A stretch of 64,000 nucleotides of DNA from Nocardioides sp. (lineage in GTDB: Bacteria > Actinomycetota > Actinomycetes > Propionibacteriales > Nocardioidaceae), in the NCBI RefSeq assembly GCF_030150155.1, contig NZ_JASLGR010000060.1, positions 56,813-120,812 of the forward strand, in the 5' to 3' direction. Within the stretch, counting starts at the first letter, position 1. Every line of letters begins with the position of its first letter. The notes beneath the pieces were generated by a model, which worked only from the letters and a program-made list of their open reading frames with translations, made no database searches and had not been told where the DNA came from. The position numbers were made by a program, and so were the translations under genes. Of the stretch, positions 37,976 through 46,842 are shown piece by piece.

Positions 37976-39004
37976 TCAGAGGGCGACGCGGCGGTAACCC
38001 ACCCCGGCGATCGCCTCGATCCACCGGGGCTCGTCGGCGGACTCGTTGAGGCGGGCCAGCAGACCGGCCATCGTCCGGTCCACCTCCTCCCGCTCGGCCG
38101 CCGTCATCACCGCAGCACCCTGCCCACGGATGATCGCGGCCAGGTCGGAACGGCTCCGCAACGACCGGCCACTGGCCAGGATCGCAGCCAGCAGGTCGAA
38201 CTCGACCGCCGACAGCTCGATCTCGAAGCCGTCGATCGTCACCAGTCGCTGGTCCCGCTCGATGCTCAGCCCCCGGAAGGTCTCCCACCGACCGCTCGGC
38301 ACCGCCCGATGCCGCGGCTCAGGGCGGCGGATCGCCGGGGAGGCAGGGTCGGGCACCGGGGTCGGGGTCGGCTCGGGGACGGGGGCAGGAGCCGGAACAG
38401 GCGTCGGCGCGGGGACCGGCGGCGTCACCGGCTCGGGCGCCGGTGCCGGGACAGGTGTCGGCCCGGGCTCCGGCGCCGGGACCGGCTCTGCCGGCCGGCC
38501 CGGCTCGGGCTGCGGGTCGGGCACCACCCCACCGAACGGGGCACGGAACTCCTGCGGCGCGGACGGCACCGGGGTGTGGTCCTGCCGCGCCTGGGCGGGG
38601 GCACGGACCAGCACCGGCGCGACCTCGGCCCGGCGGGCGAGGGTGTCGAGGCGAGCCCGGAACTCGTAGGCCCGCAGCGGACGGGTCAGGACGGCGTCGG
38701 CGCCGAGGTCGAGGACGGTGACCAGCTGGTCCTCGTCGAAGGAGTCGGCGATCACGGCGATCGCGGCGTCGGTCCGGGCGCGCAGCCAGCTCAGCGGCGC
38801 CCACTGGTCCTCGGCAGCCAGGGCCAGGTCGATGACCACGACGGCGAGGTCGAGCTGGGCGAGCGGACCGGCGGCGTCGGCCAGGTCGATCGCGGCGACG
38901 GGGAGGAAGCGGGAGCGGGCCAGCGGCTCCAGTGCCTCGCTCAGGCGCGTGGGATCAGGGTCGATGATGAGGACATCTCCCTGTGCCTGCACGCTCTCCA
39001 CCAC
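37976..39004 (-). CDS. Atypical OmpR-type response regulator with long Pro-rich linker
   Basis: REC-like N-term ('GADAVLTRP'), about 100-aa PAPAPEP linker, wHTH 'LSAVEFDLL..L', 'PRWIEAIAGVGYR'. Confidence 0.8.
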   Translation of the reverse strand: MVESVQAQGDVLIIDPDPTRLSEALEPLARSRFLPVAAIDLADAAGPLAQLDLAVVVIDLALAAEDQWAPLSWLRARTDAAIAVIADSFDEDQLVTVLDLGADAVLTRPLRAYEFRARLDTLARRAEVAPVLVRAPAQARQDHTPVPSAPQEFRAPFGGVVPDPQPEPGRPAEPVPAPEPGPTPVPAPAPEPVTPPVPAPTPVPAPAPVPEPTPTPVPDPASPAIRRPEPRHRAVPSGRWETFRGLSIERDQRLVTIDGFEIELSAVEFDLLAAILASGRSLRSRSDLAAIIRGQGAAVMTAAEREEVDRTMAGLLARLNESADEPRWIEAIAGVGYRRVAL

Positions 39005-39010
39005 CCCAGG

Positions 39011-40024
39011 CTACCGAAGGTCAGACCTCTGCCCCAGCAGACTGAGCGCCAGGGCTCCCCAAAAGCCGGTAGTCGGGCCGCCGTGACAGCGCCCGTCGGA
39101 CTCGGCCGGGGCCTTGATCCACAGGTAGCCGTCCAGCTTCCCGTCGAAGACCATCCGCGGCCGAGCACCCAGCCGGGCCTGCGGCACGTTGCAGTGCGCG
39201 TCTCCCGGCACGGTGGCCCCGTTGCGGCCGGTGTCGATCACGTAGTGCAGCCCCTCGATGCCACGCCGTGCCAGGGCCGAGAGCACCTTCTGCGCGTACG
39301 TCGTCTCCGCAGCGGTCGACCGGTAGTTGGCGACATTGGTGAAGAAGCCGCGGGTCTTCTCGATCCCGATCGACTCCAGTCGTTCGGCCATCACCGTCGG
39401 GGACCACCAGTTCGAGTGGCCGCCGTCGAGGTAGAGCCAGGCCCCGGTGGCGCTGAGGGTGTCGACGGCCTGGCGCAGCAGCGCGACCCGGTCGGCACCG
39501 CAGCTGGCCAGCTGCCCGACCGAGTCCGGCTCGAGCAGCAGGATCACCGGTCGCCCCCGGACCGCGGCGGCGGCACCGGCGATCCAGGCCTGGTACTCCG
39601 CGGCGTCGCCAGCCCCACCGGTGGCATAGCCGCCGCAGTCGCGGTCGGGGATCCGGTAGAGCACCGCGACCGGCAGCCGGCCGGCGGCGTCGGCGGCACC
39701 GATGTAGGCGCCGAGCTTGGCCTCGATCGTCGCCGAGGTGGTCCAGTCGGTGAACCAGAAGGCCTGGGGAACGGCCGCGATCTCGGCGTACCGGGCGTCG
39801 TCGGCTGCGGCGGTCGCGGTCTGGGTGCTGGGGTCGACGTACAGCGGGCGTCGGTAGGCGGCGGTGCTGGTGTCGCTGTGATCGACTACGGTGCCGGTGC
39901 GGTGCAGGTTGGTGCGCAGTCCCTTCGCCCCGAGGACGCCGACGACGGCCACGACGGCGACCAGAAGGACCAGCATCGCGGCCACCCAGCGGCGGTTGTC
40001 GGCCAGCCACTCGCGCCAGGTCAC
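39011..40024 (-). CDS. Membrane-anchored GH6 glycoside hydrolase (endoglucanase)
   Basis: 'YRIPDRDC', 'LEPDS', 'YLDGGHSNW', 'TNVANY', 'IDTGRNG', 'WIKAPAESDG'; N-terminal TM; GTG start overlaps upstream TGA. Confidence 0.9.
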   Translation of the reverse strand: MTWREWLADNRRWVAAMLVLLVAVVAVVGVLGAKGLRTNLHRTGTVVDHSDTSTAAYRRPLYVDPSTQTATAAADDARYAEIAAVPQAFWFTDWTTSATIEAKLGAYIGAADAAGRLPVAVLYRIPDRDCGGYATGGAGDAAEYQAWIAGAAAAVRGRPVILLLEPDSVGQLASCGADRVALLRQAVDTLSATGAWLYLDGGHSNWWSPTVMAERLESIGIEKTRGFFTNVANYRSTAAETTYAQKVLSALARRGIEGLHYVIDTGRNGATVPGDAHCNVPQARLGARPRMVFDGKLDGYLWIKAPAESDGRCHGGPTTGFWGALALSLLGQRSDLR

Positions 40025-41310
40025 GGTCGACGCCAGGCGTCGAGCGGGGTGGCCGAACGACGCGGCGGCCCGAAGAGGAGGATCGCCAACGGCACCAGGG
40101 TGACGGCCCAGAAGGACCACCGGTCGACGAAGCCGAGCGGCACCTCGAAGAAGCCGCTCACCACGATCGCGACCAGAACCAGGCCGGCGGTGCGCTGCTC
40201 GGGTGCGCTGGGCCGGAGCGAGACCAGGCCGAGGGCGAGCAGCCAGCAGGCGCCGACGACGACCAGGAGCACGCCGCCGGTGACGCCGAACTGCACGAAC
40301 TGGTTGTGCCCGTGGTACGCGGCGGCGTTGAGCGAGCTGGTCGCGTTGCGGGCCATCGTCTCGAACCACTGGCTGCCGAAGCCGAACAGGTCGGCGTTGG
40401 TGAACCACTCCTGGGTGGAGATCCGCCAGATCCCGGCGCGGGCGGTGAACGCCTCGTCGGACCAGGAGTGCAGCGGCAGCCAGACACAGACCGTCGCGGC
40501 GGCCAGGAGGGCCAGGCCGCTGCACCACGCCACCGCGGCGGGCCAGCTGCGCACGGCGTACAGCACCAGCGCGAGCACGCCGACGACTCCGGCGGTGAGC
40601 AGGCCACCACGGCTCGAGGTCCACACCAGCGCGATCGCACAGGCGACCACGCCGAGGGCGGCGAACCAGCGCGGCCTGACCAGCAGCACGAAGGGCAGTC
40701 CGAGGGCGAGGTACTGGGCGAGGTTGTTCTCCGAGGTGAACTGGCCCTGGAGCAGGCCGAGGTGGGGCAGCAGCGCCTTGGCCGACTCCCGCACGGTGCC
40801 GTCGGCCTCGCGCAGGATGGCGGCCTCGGGGAACGCCACGCCCCAGACCAGGGCGATCAGAGCGGTGATGATCACCAGGACACCGAGCGCCTCCAGGGTG
40901 GGACGCCCCGGTCTCAGGGCCGCCAGTGCGGCGACGATGAAGAGCAGCGGGACGGCGCTGGCACCGACGTGGCCGTCGTACGCATCACGCAGCAGCAGCA
41001 CCAGCCAGGGCGCCAGGAAGACGGTGATCCGCCACAGCCCGACCCGGGGCAGTTCGTTGATCCGGTAGATGATCACCGCGGCCGCCCAGCCCAGGGCCAG
41101 GGCCAGGAAGAGCCGTCCGGCGAGGTCGGCCAGATGACTCGACGGCTCGGCCTCGCCGACGGCGACGAAGTGCTTGTCGGCGGTGAAGGAGAGCACCACC
41201 AGGTTGGCCATCAGGCGCAGCCAGACCAGCACCACCAGGACGATCGCGGCCCGCTCGGTGGTGAAGACCAAGGGAACTGTGGGGCCGACCGGACGCGTCG
41301 CTACACTCAC
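40021..41310 (-). CDS. O-antigen ligase/Wzy-type polymerase
   Basis: Many TMs, 'WTSSRGG', 'FTAR.GIW', 'HGHNQF'; start estimated at GTG 41310. Confidence 0.8.
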   Translation of the reverse strand: MSVATRPVGPTVPLVFTTERAAIVLVVLVWLRLMANLVVLSFTADKHFVAVGEAEPSSHLADLAGRLFLALALGWAAAVIIYRINELPRVGLWRITVFLAPWLVLLLRDAYDGHVGASAVPLLFIVAALAALRPGRPTLEALGVLVIITALIALVWGVAFPEAAILREADGTVRESAKALLPHLGLLQGQFTSENNLAQYLALGLPFVLLVRPRWFAALGVVACAIALVWTSSRGGLLTAGVVGVLALVLYAVRSWPAAVAWCSGLALLAAATVCVWLPLHSWSDEAFTARAGIWRISTQEWFTNADLFGFGSQWFETMARNATSSLNAAAYHGHNQFVQFGVTGGVLLVVVGACWLLALGLVSLRPSAPEQRTAGLVLVAIVVSGFFEVPLGFVDRWSFWAVTLVPLAILLFGPPRRSATPLDAWRRP

Positions 41311-41340
41311 GCGGGCATCAGAGGAATCGAGGGGAACGGG

Positions 41341-42786
41341 ATGACCAGGCGGTCCGCCGGCAGGCATGCAGTCGTCACCCTCGCAGGTCAATGGATCCGA
41401 TATGTGGTCCAGATCGTAGCGTTGGTGCTCTTCTCCCGTGTCCTGGATCCCTCGGATTTCGGGCTGGTGTCGATGGTCACCAGCGTGGTCGGTGTGGCCT
41501 ACGTGATCGGCGACGTCGGCCTCTCCCTGGCCGCCCTCCAGGCCCGCGATCTCACCGCCGGCCAGCGCAGCAACCTGTGGTGGATCACCTCGGCGATCGG
41601 GATCGCGATCGGCCTCGTGGTCTGGGGCCTGTCCCCCGCCCTGGCAGCGCTCTACGACCGCGACGCCGTCGCCCCGGTCGCGACAGCCCTGGCCGGGGTC
41701 TTCGTGGCCAACGGCTTCGGCGGGCAGTTCCGCACCGAGCTCAACCGGGCCCAGCGCTTCACCGACCTGGCGATGATCGACGTGATCGCCCAGCTCGCCG
41801 GCCTGGCGGCCGGGGTCGTGGTGATCGTGTGCGGCGGCTCCTACTGGGGTCTGGTCGTGCAGCAGCTCGTCGCCGCCTGGGGCACCACCGCCATGCTCGC
41901 CGCCCGCGCCGGCTGGTGGCCGGGCTGGCCCGACCGCACCCAGCCGATGCGCTCGCTGCTGCGCTTCGGGCTCTTCACCTTCGGCGCCCAGGTGGTCAAC
42001 TACGTCTCCAGCAACGCCGACGCGGTGATCATCGGGCACCGCTGGGGCGCCTCCACCCTGGGCTTCTACAACCGTGCCTTCCAGGTCGCCCGGATGCCGG
42101 TCCAGCAGGTCGCGGCGCCGCTGACCCGGGTGGTCCTCCCCCACCTGGTCCGTCACCGTGACGACCCGGCGGCGTTCAGCGCCGCGGTCGCCCGCGGTCA
42201 GCTGGTGCTGGCCACCATCCTGCTCGGCGCGCTGAGCGTCATCGCCGCCACCGCGCCGTCGCTGACCAGCGTCGCGCTGGGGCCGGGCTGGGACGAGGCG
42301 GTGCCCCTGATCCGGGCACTCTGCCTGGCCGCGGCGCTGCAGTCGCTGCAGTACATCTACTACTGGATCCTGCTCGCCCACGGCCGCACCGAGGTGCTCT
42401 TCGGCGCCGAGCTCGGTGCCCGGATCGCGATGGTCGCGCTGATGCTGGTGGCCGCACCGCACGGCGCGCTGTGGGTGGCGCTGGCCGCCGCCGCCGGGCA
42501 GGCGCTGCTGCTGGCCAGCAACGTCGCCCTGGTCGGGCCGCGGGTCCAGATCGCCGCCGGCCCCCTGCTACGTCAGGCCTCCCGACCGGTCGCCGTCTTC
42601 GGCGCCGCCTGTGCCCTGACCTGGGCGGTGTCGACGACGCTGCCGTCCTGGTCTGCGGTGCCCACCCTGCTGGTCCTGCTCGTGGTCTGGGGCGCCGTGT
42701 GCGCCGCCACCCTGGTCCTGGCCCCGGTCCGCCGCGACGGTGCCGCCCTGGTCGCCTATGGTCGTTCCGTGCTGGGGAGGTCGTGA
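41341..42786 (+). CDS. wzx: Wzx-type polysaccharide flippase (WzxC/GumJ-like)
   Basis: 'SRVLDPSDFGLV', 'NADAVIIG...G.STLGFYNRA', about 12 TM. Confidence 0.88.
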   Translation: MTRRSAGRHAVVTLAGQWIRYVVQIVALVLFSRVLDPSDFGLVSMVTSVVGVAYVIGDVGLSLAALQARDLTAGQRSNLWWITSAIGIAIGLVVWGLSPALAALYDRDAVAPVATALAGVFVANGFGGQFRTELNRAQRFTDLAMIDVIAQLAGLAAGVVVIVCGGSYWGLVVQQLVAAWGTTAMLAARAGWWPGWPDRTQPMRSLLRFGLFTFGAQVVNYVSSNADAVIIGHRWGASTLGFYNRAFQVARMPVQQVAAPLTRVVLPHLVRHRDDPAAFSAAVARGQLVLATILLGALSVIAATAPSLTSVALGPGWDEAVPLIRALCLAAALQSLQYIYYWILLAHGRTEVLFGAELGARIAMVALMLVAAPHGALWVALAAAAGQALLLASNVALVGPRVQIAAGPLLRQASRPVAVFGAACALTWAVSTTLPSWSAVPTLLVLLVVWGAVCAATLVLAPVRRDGAALVAYGRSVLGRS

Positions 42787-43865
42787 TGCAGGTGCTCTAC
42801 TCCCACGGCCCGCTCAAGGCCACCGACAACCCGTACCTGCACGAGCTGGTCGGCGGGGTCGCCGCCCACGACGAGGTGGCGTTCCTGACCCCGGTCACGG
42901 CGCTGCTGAGCCGCCCCGACGTGTTCCACGTGCACTGGCCCAAGCACCTGGTGCGGGGTTCCAGCCGCTGGCGCACCGCCCTCAAGCTCGCCACCTCGGC
43001 GATCCTGCTGTGGCGCCTGCGCCGCCGCGGTACGCCGGTGGTGCAGACGATGCACAACCTGGCCGATCACGACGGCGAGACCCGCGCCGAACGCTGGCTC
43101 TTCGCCCGACTCGAACGACTGGTCTCGGCACGGATCTACCTCAACGAGTCCGCCGAGAACGACTACACCCAGGGCGTGGTGGTGCTGCACGGCAGCTACC
43201 GGGACTGGCTGGAGCGGACCGCCGGGCTGACCTACCCGCTCGCGGCCCCGGAGCGGTCACTGCTGCTCTTCGGGATGCTGCGGCCCTACAAGGGGATCGA
43301 GACCCTGATCGAGGCCGCCGCCGTGGCCGGTGTCGACCTGACCCTGGCCGGGGCACCGACCCCGGCGTCGTACGGCGCCGAGATCGGGTCCCTGCTGGCC
43401 GCCCACCCCGACCAGGAGCTGGTCGAGCGTCACCTCGACGACGCCGAGCTGGTCAGCCTGACCCAGCAGCACCGGCTGGTGGTGCTGCCCTACCGGTCGA
43501 TGTACAACTCCGGCGCGCTGCTCTACGCCCTCAGCGTCGGGCGGGCGGTGCTGACCGGCCGCACCCCGGCGACCGAGAGCCTGGTCGAGGAGTTCGGGCC
43601 CGGCTGGGTGCGGCTCTACGACGCACCGCTGAGCGCTGCCGACGTGAGCACGGCGCTGGCCGACCTCGACCGCACCGATCGCACCGGCAGCGCGACGGAG
43701 GACACCCCGGAGCTGCCCTCGATGGCGCGCCGGGAGTGGGCCGACGGGGTCGCCCTGCATCGGGCGATCTACGCCACGGTCAGGGCCGGGAGCCCGACAG
43801 ACAACCGTGCCCGGCTGGCGCAGGTCCCGGCGCTGGTGGCGCACTCGGCGCGCAACCGCCCCTGA
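42786..43865 (+). CDS. GT-B glycosyltransferase (GumI-like beta-mannosyltransferase candidate)
   Basis: 'DNPYL', 'DVFHVHWP', 'TMHN', 'FGMLRPYKG', 'LPY..MYNSGALLYALS.GR'. Confidence 0.8.
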   Translation: MQVLYSHGPLKATDNPYLHELVGGVAAHDEVAFLTPVTALLSRPDVFHVHWPKHLVRGSSRWRTALKLATSAILLWRLRRRGTPVVQTMHNLADHDGETRAERWLFARLERLVSARIYLNESAENDYTQGVVVLHGSYRDWLERTAGLTYPLAAPERSLLLFGMLRPYKGIETLIEAAAVAGVDLTLAGAPTPASYGAEIGSLLAAHPDQELVERHLDDAELVSLTQQHRLVVLPYRSMYNSGALLYALSVGRAVLTGRTPATESLVEEFGPGWVRLYDAPLSAADVSTALADLDRTDRTGSATEDTPELPSMARREWADGVALHRAIYATVRAGSPTDNRARLAQVPALVAHSARNRP

Positions 43866-43875
43866 CCCGAACGGC

Positions 43876-45432
43876 TCAGCCTCGCCGTGCCCGGCGCAGC
43901 GCCTGGGTCCGCGCGACCCGCTGGCGCAGCCCGTCCAGGTCGCCGTGCACCAGCCGGTCCAGGCCGTTGAGCCCCTGGCGACGCAGTCGGCCCAGCCGGC
44001 TCTTGGCGACCACGGTGGGCTGGTCGACCCACTCCCGGGCCTGCACCGGCGCGACCTTGCGGAAGACCGCCGTGCGCCGGTTGAGCAGCCCCTCGTAGGC
44101 CCACTCGGGCTCGGCCTTGAGCACGTCGACGATCATCGAGCCGGTCCAGATGTCGACGTCGTCGACCAGCAGGTGGCCGCCGACCTTGAGCGCCGTACTG
44201 AGGTAGAAGTAGTCGATCACCGGGATCGGGAAGCCGTGCCCGCCGTCGACCAGCACCAGGTCGGTCTCGCCCAGGTCCAGGGTGGGCACGATGTCCTGGG
44301 AGTAGCCGAACCGGAACTCGGTGCGCTCCATCGAGATGCCGTGGTCGGCACACCAGGCACCGATCGCGGCGGCCTCGGACTCCGAGGGCGTGATCACGGT
44401 GTGCCGGGCGCCGATCTGGGAGAGCGCGATCGTGGAGTAGCCCGCACCGGTCTCGACGGTGACCGAGTCGGCGGTGACGTGGCGCTGCAGGAACTCCAGC
44501 ACCTCCGGGGAGATCATCCAGTTCCCGGTGCCCTCGGCGTGCAGGGTGGGCCGCTCGTCCTCGACTGCCATCGTGGTTCCTTCCAGGTGGTAGACCCGTC
44601 GCCAGAACGCGAACGGGTTGCGGAGCATCGAGCGCAGCTTGGTGCGCTGCATCCGCGCGTGGGCCCGCTTGAGGCGCGACGGATAGGGGCCGGGTCCGGC
44701 GCTCAGGTAGCCCCAGAGCATCGCGACGGTGCCGATCAGCCGCGGCCGCCGGCCCAGGTAGCGCGCGGCGTGGAAGAGGAAGTAGAACGGGTCGTAGCCG
44801 GTCCAGCGGCAGACCCGCCCGTTGCGGTAGCGCCCGTGCACCCGGCCCTCGCTCGCCCCGATCTCGCGGGAGAGCTCGAACCGCGCCTCGGGCAGGACCA
44901 GGGTGCTCAGGCCGCCCTCGGCGACGATCACCTCGTCCATCACGTCGTTGCCGATCGCGGCCGGGAGGTCCTCGGCCAGGTGGTACGCCGCCCGGGTGAA
45001 GAGCTTGACCGGGCCGGGCACGTGCAGCTTCTGCTCGGCCATCCCGGCCGAGACGATCACCCCACCGGCGATGCCGACGCTGCCGGTGGCGGCGGGCACG
45101 ACCAGGTCGAGGTAGTCCGGCTGCAGCCGGACGTCGGCGTCGAGCTTCATCACATGGGTGTAGTCGTCGCGCTCGGCGAGCGCCGCGGTGACGCCGTACC
45201 GCCACGAGGTGTACGCCGACCCGCCGATCAGTCCACCGTCGTTGGCCTTGCTCACCACCCGCGCCAGCCCCGTTGAGTCGACCTCGGAGAGCCGGGCCAC
45301 GGTGGAGTCGGTGCTGCCGTCGTCGACCACGACCCAGGCGAAGTCGGTGAAGGTCTGGGCGCGCAGCATGGCGACCAGACCGGCGACGTTGTCGGCCTCG
45401 TCGTGCATCGGCGTGACGATCAGCAGCGTCAT
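43876..45432 (-). CDS. GT2 glycosyltransferase fused to class I SAM methyltransferase (Methyltransf_24-like)
   Basis: N-term 'TPMHDE', 'VDDGSTD', 'KLDAD'; C-term 'ETGAGYST', 'DLVLVDGGH', 'LKVGG.LLVDD'. Confidence 0.82.
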   Translation of the reverse strand: MTLLIVTPMHDEADNVAGLVAMLRAQTFTDFAWVVVDDGSTDSTVARLSEVDSTGLARVVSKANDGGLIGGSAYTSWRYGVTAALAERDDYTHVMKLDADVRLQPDYLDLVVPAATGSVGIAGGVIVSAGMAEQKLHVPGPVKLFTRAAYHLAEDLPAAIGNDVMDEVIVAEGGLSTLVLPEARFELSREIGASEGRVHGRYRNGRVCRWTGYDPFYFLFHAARYLGRRPRLIGTVAMLWGYLSAGPGPYPSRLKRAHARMQRTKLRSMLRNPFAFWRRVYHLEGTTMAVEDERPTLHAEGTGNWMISPEVLEFLQRHVTADSVTVETGAGYSTIALSQIGARHTVITPSESEAAAIGAWCADHGISMERTEFRFGYSQDIVPTLDLGETDLVLVDGGHGFPIPVIDYFYLSTALKVGGHLLVDDVDIWTGSMIVDVLKAEPEWAYEGLLNRRTAVFRKVAPVQAREWVDQPTVVAKSRLGRLRRQGLNGLDRLVHGDLDGLRQRVARTQALRRARRG

Positions 45433-46829
45433 GCGCGGGTACCCGGCAGCCCGGCGACCCGGGCGTCGGCCAGACCGTCGACGGCGTTGCCCCGACTGAC
45501 CTGGTTGAGCACCACGCCGAGGACGCGGCCCCGGCTGCGGGCCACCGCGTCGAGGGAGTCCATCACGTCCTTGCGTCGGGTACGGCGTGCCTGGGCCACC
45601 AGCAGCACCTCGGGCACCACCCGGATGGCCAGGGCGGCCTCGGGGCTGGAGCGGATCTCGGGGGCGTCGATCAGGACGACGTCGTAGAGGTCGCGCAGGG
45701 TGGAGACCAGGCGCTCGAAGGCGTCCGAACCGAGCATCTCGGCGGCGTTCATCGAGGCGACGCCGCGCGGGATCACGGTGAAGCCGCCGGCCTCCCAGAA
45801 GTGCAGCGCGGCGTCGAGCTCGACCCGGCCGTTCATCAGGTCGGTCAGGCCGCTGGACTCGGTCAGCCCGATCCGGGTGGCGAGCTGGTCGCCGGGCTCG
45901 CTCAGGTCGAGGTAGGCGACCCGGTTGCCGCCCCGGGCCAGGCCGAGCGCGAGCCCGGCGGCGACGGTGGTGGTGCCCGCACCCGAGCGCGGCGAGGTCA
46001 CGACCAGCGCGGTCGGGGCTCCCCCGGCAGCGAAGAGCACCTCGACACCGATCCGGTCGAGCAGCTCCTGGACCTCGATGGGCAGGGTCTCCGGGTGGGC
46101 GATCTGCTCCCGCTCGCGGCCCACCAGCGCCCGCACCCCGCCGAGGTAGCGCACCCCGGCGGCGGTGATCTGGGCCCCGCGACGCAGGCGGCTGTCGAAG
46201 GTCTCGACCAGCACCGCGACGAAGACGCCGAGGATCAGGCCGAGCAGCAGCGCCACCACCGCGTTGAGCTTGAGGTTGGGCGAGATCCGGGCGCGCGGGG
46301 GCAGCGCCTTCTGGAGCTCGCTGAACTGCATCGGCGAGGCCATCGAGCTGGACTGGCCCTCCAGTGCCGCAACCGCGATCGGCAGCTGGGTGGCGACCGC
46401 GTTGGCGAGGTTGGCCGCGTCGGCCGCCGTACGACCGGTGACGTGGACCAGGAGGACCGAGGAGTTGCTCGGGATCTCCGTGGTGATCCGTCCGGCGACG
46501 TCACTGAAGGAGGCGTTCAGGCCGAGCTCGGAGATCACCGGGGTGATCACCGACTCGGACGTGACCACCATCGCGTAGGCCTTCACCCGCTCGGTGGCGA
46601 CCAGGTCGGCCTTCTGCATCTGGGTCGCGCCGGACTCGCCCGAGGAGTCGGCGCCGAGGCTGGCGGCGGCCTTCTCCGGGTCGGCCCTGACGTAGACCGA
46701 GGCCGTGGCCTGGTACGTCGCCGGGATGGAGAACGACGCCGCCATCAGGGCGCCGCCGACGATCACCACCGTGCCGACGAAGAACTGCCACCGCCTCAGC
46801 AGCAGCAGGAGGTATTCGCGAAGATCCAC
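45429..46829 (-). CDS. Polysaccharide co-polymerase / Wzc-like BY-kinase (degenerate)
   Basis: Wzz domain 'MDLREYL..L.RRW', 'P.YQATA', 'P..RISP'; CpsD-like 'YDVVLIDAP', 'LGVVLN'. Confidence 0.85.
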   Translation of the reverse strand: MDLREYLLLLLRRWQFFVGTVVIVGGALMAASFSIPATYQATASVYVRADPEKAAASLGADSSGESGATQMQKADLVATERVKAYAMVVTSESVITPVISELGLNASFSDVAGRITTEIPSNSSVLLVHVTGRTAADAANLANAVATQLPIAVAALEGQSSSMASPMQFSELQKALPPRARISPNLKLNAVVALLLGLILGVFVAVLVETFDSRLRRGAQITAAGVRYLGGVRALVGREREQIAHPETLPIEVQELLDRIGVEVLFAAGGAPTALVVTSPRSGAGTTTVAAGLALGLARGGNRVAYLDLSEPGDQLATRIGLTESSGLTDLMNGRVELDAALHFWEAGGFTVIPRGVASMNAAEMLGSDAFERLVSTLRDLYDVVLIDAPEIRSSPEAALAIRVVPEVLLVAQARRTRRKDVMDSLDAVARSRGRVLGVVLNQVSRGNAVDGLADARVAGLPGTRA

Positions 46830-46842
46830 CGATCTCCCTTTC

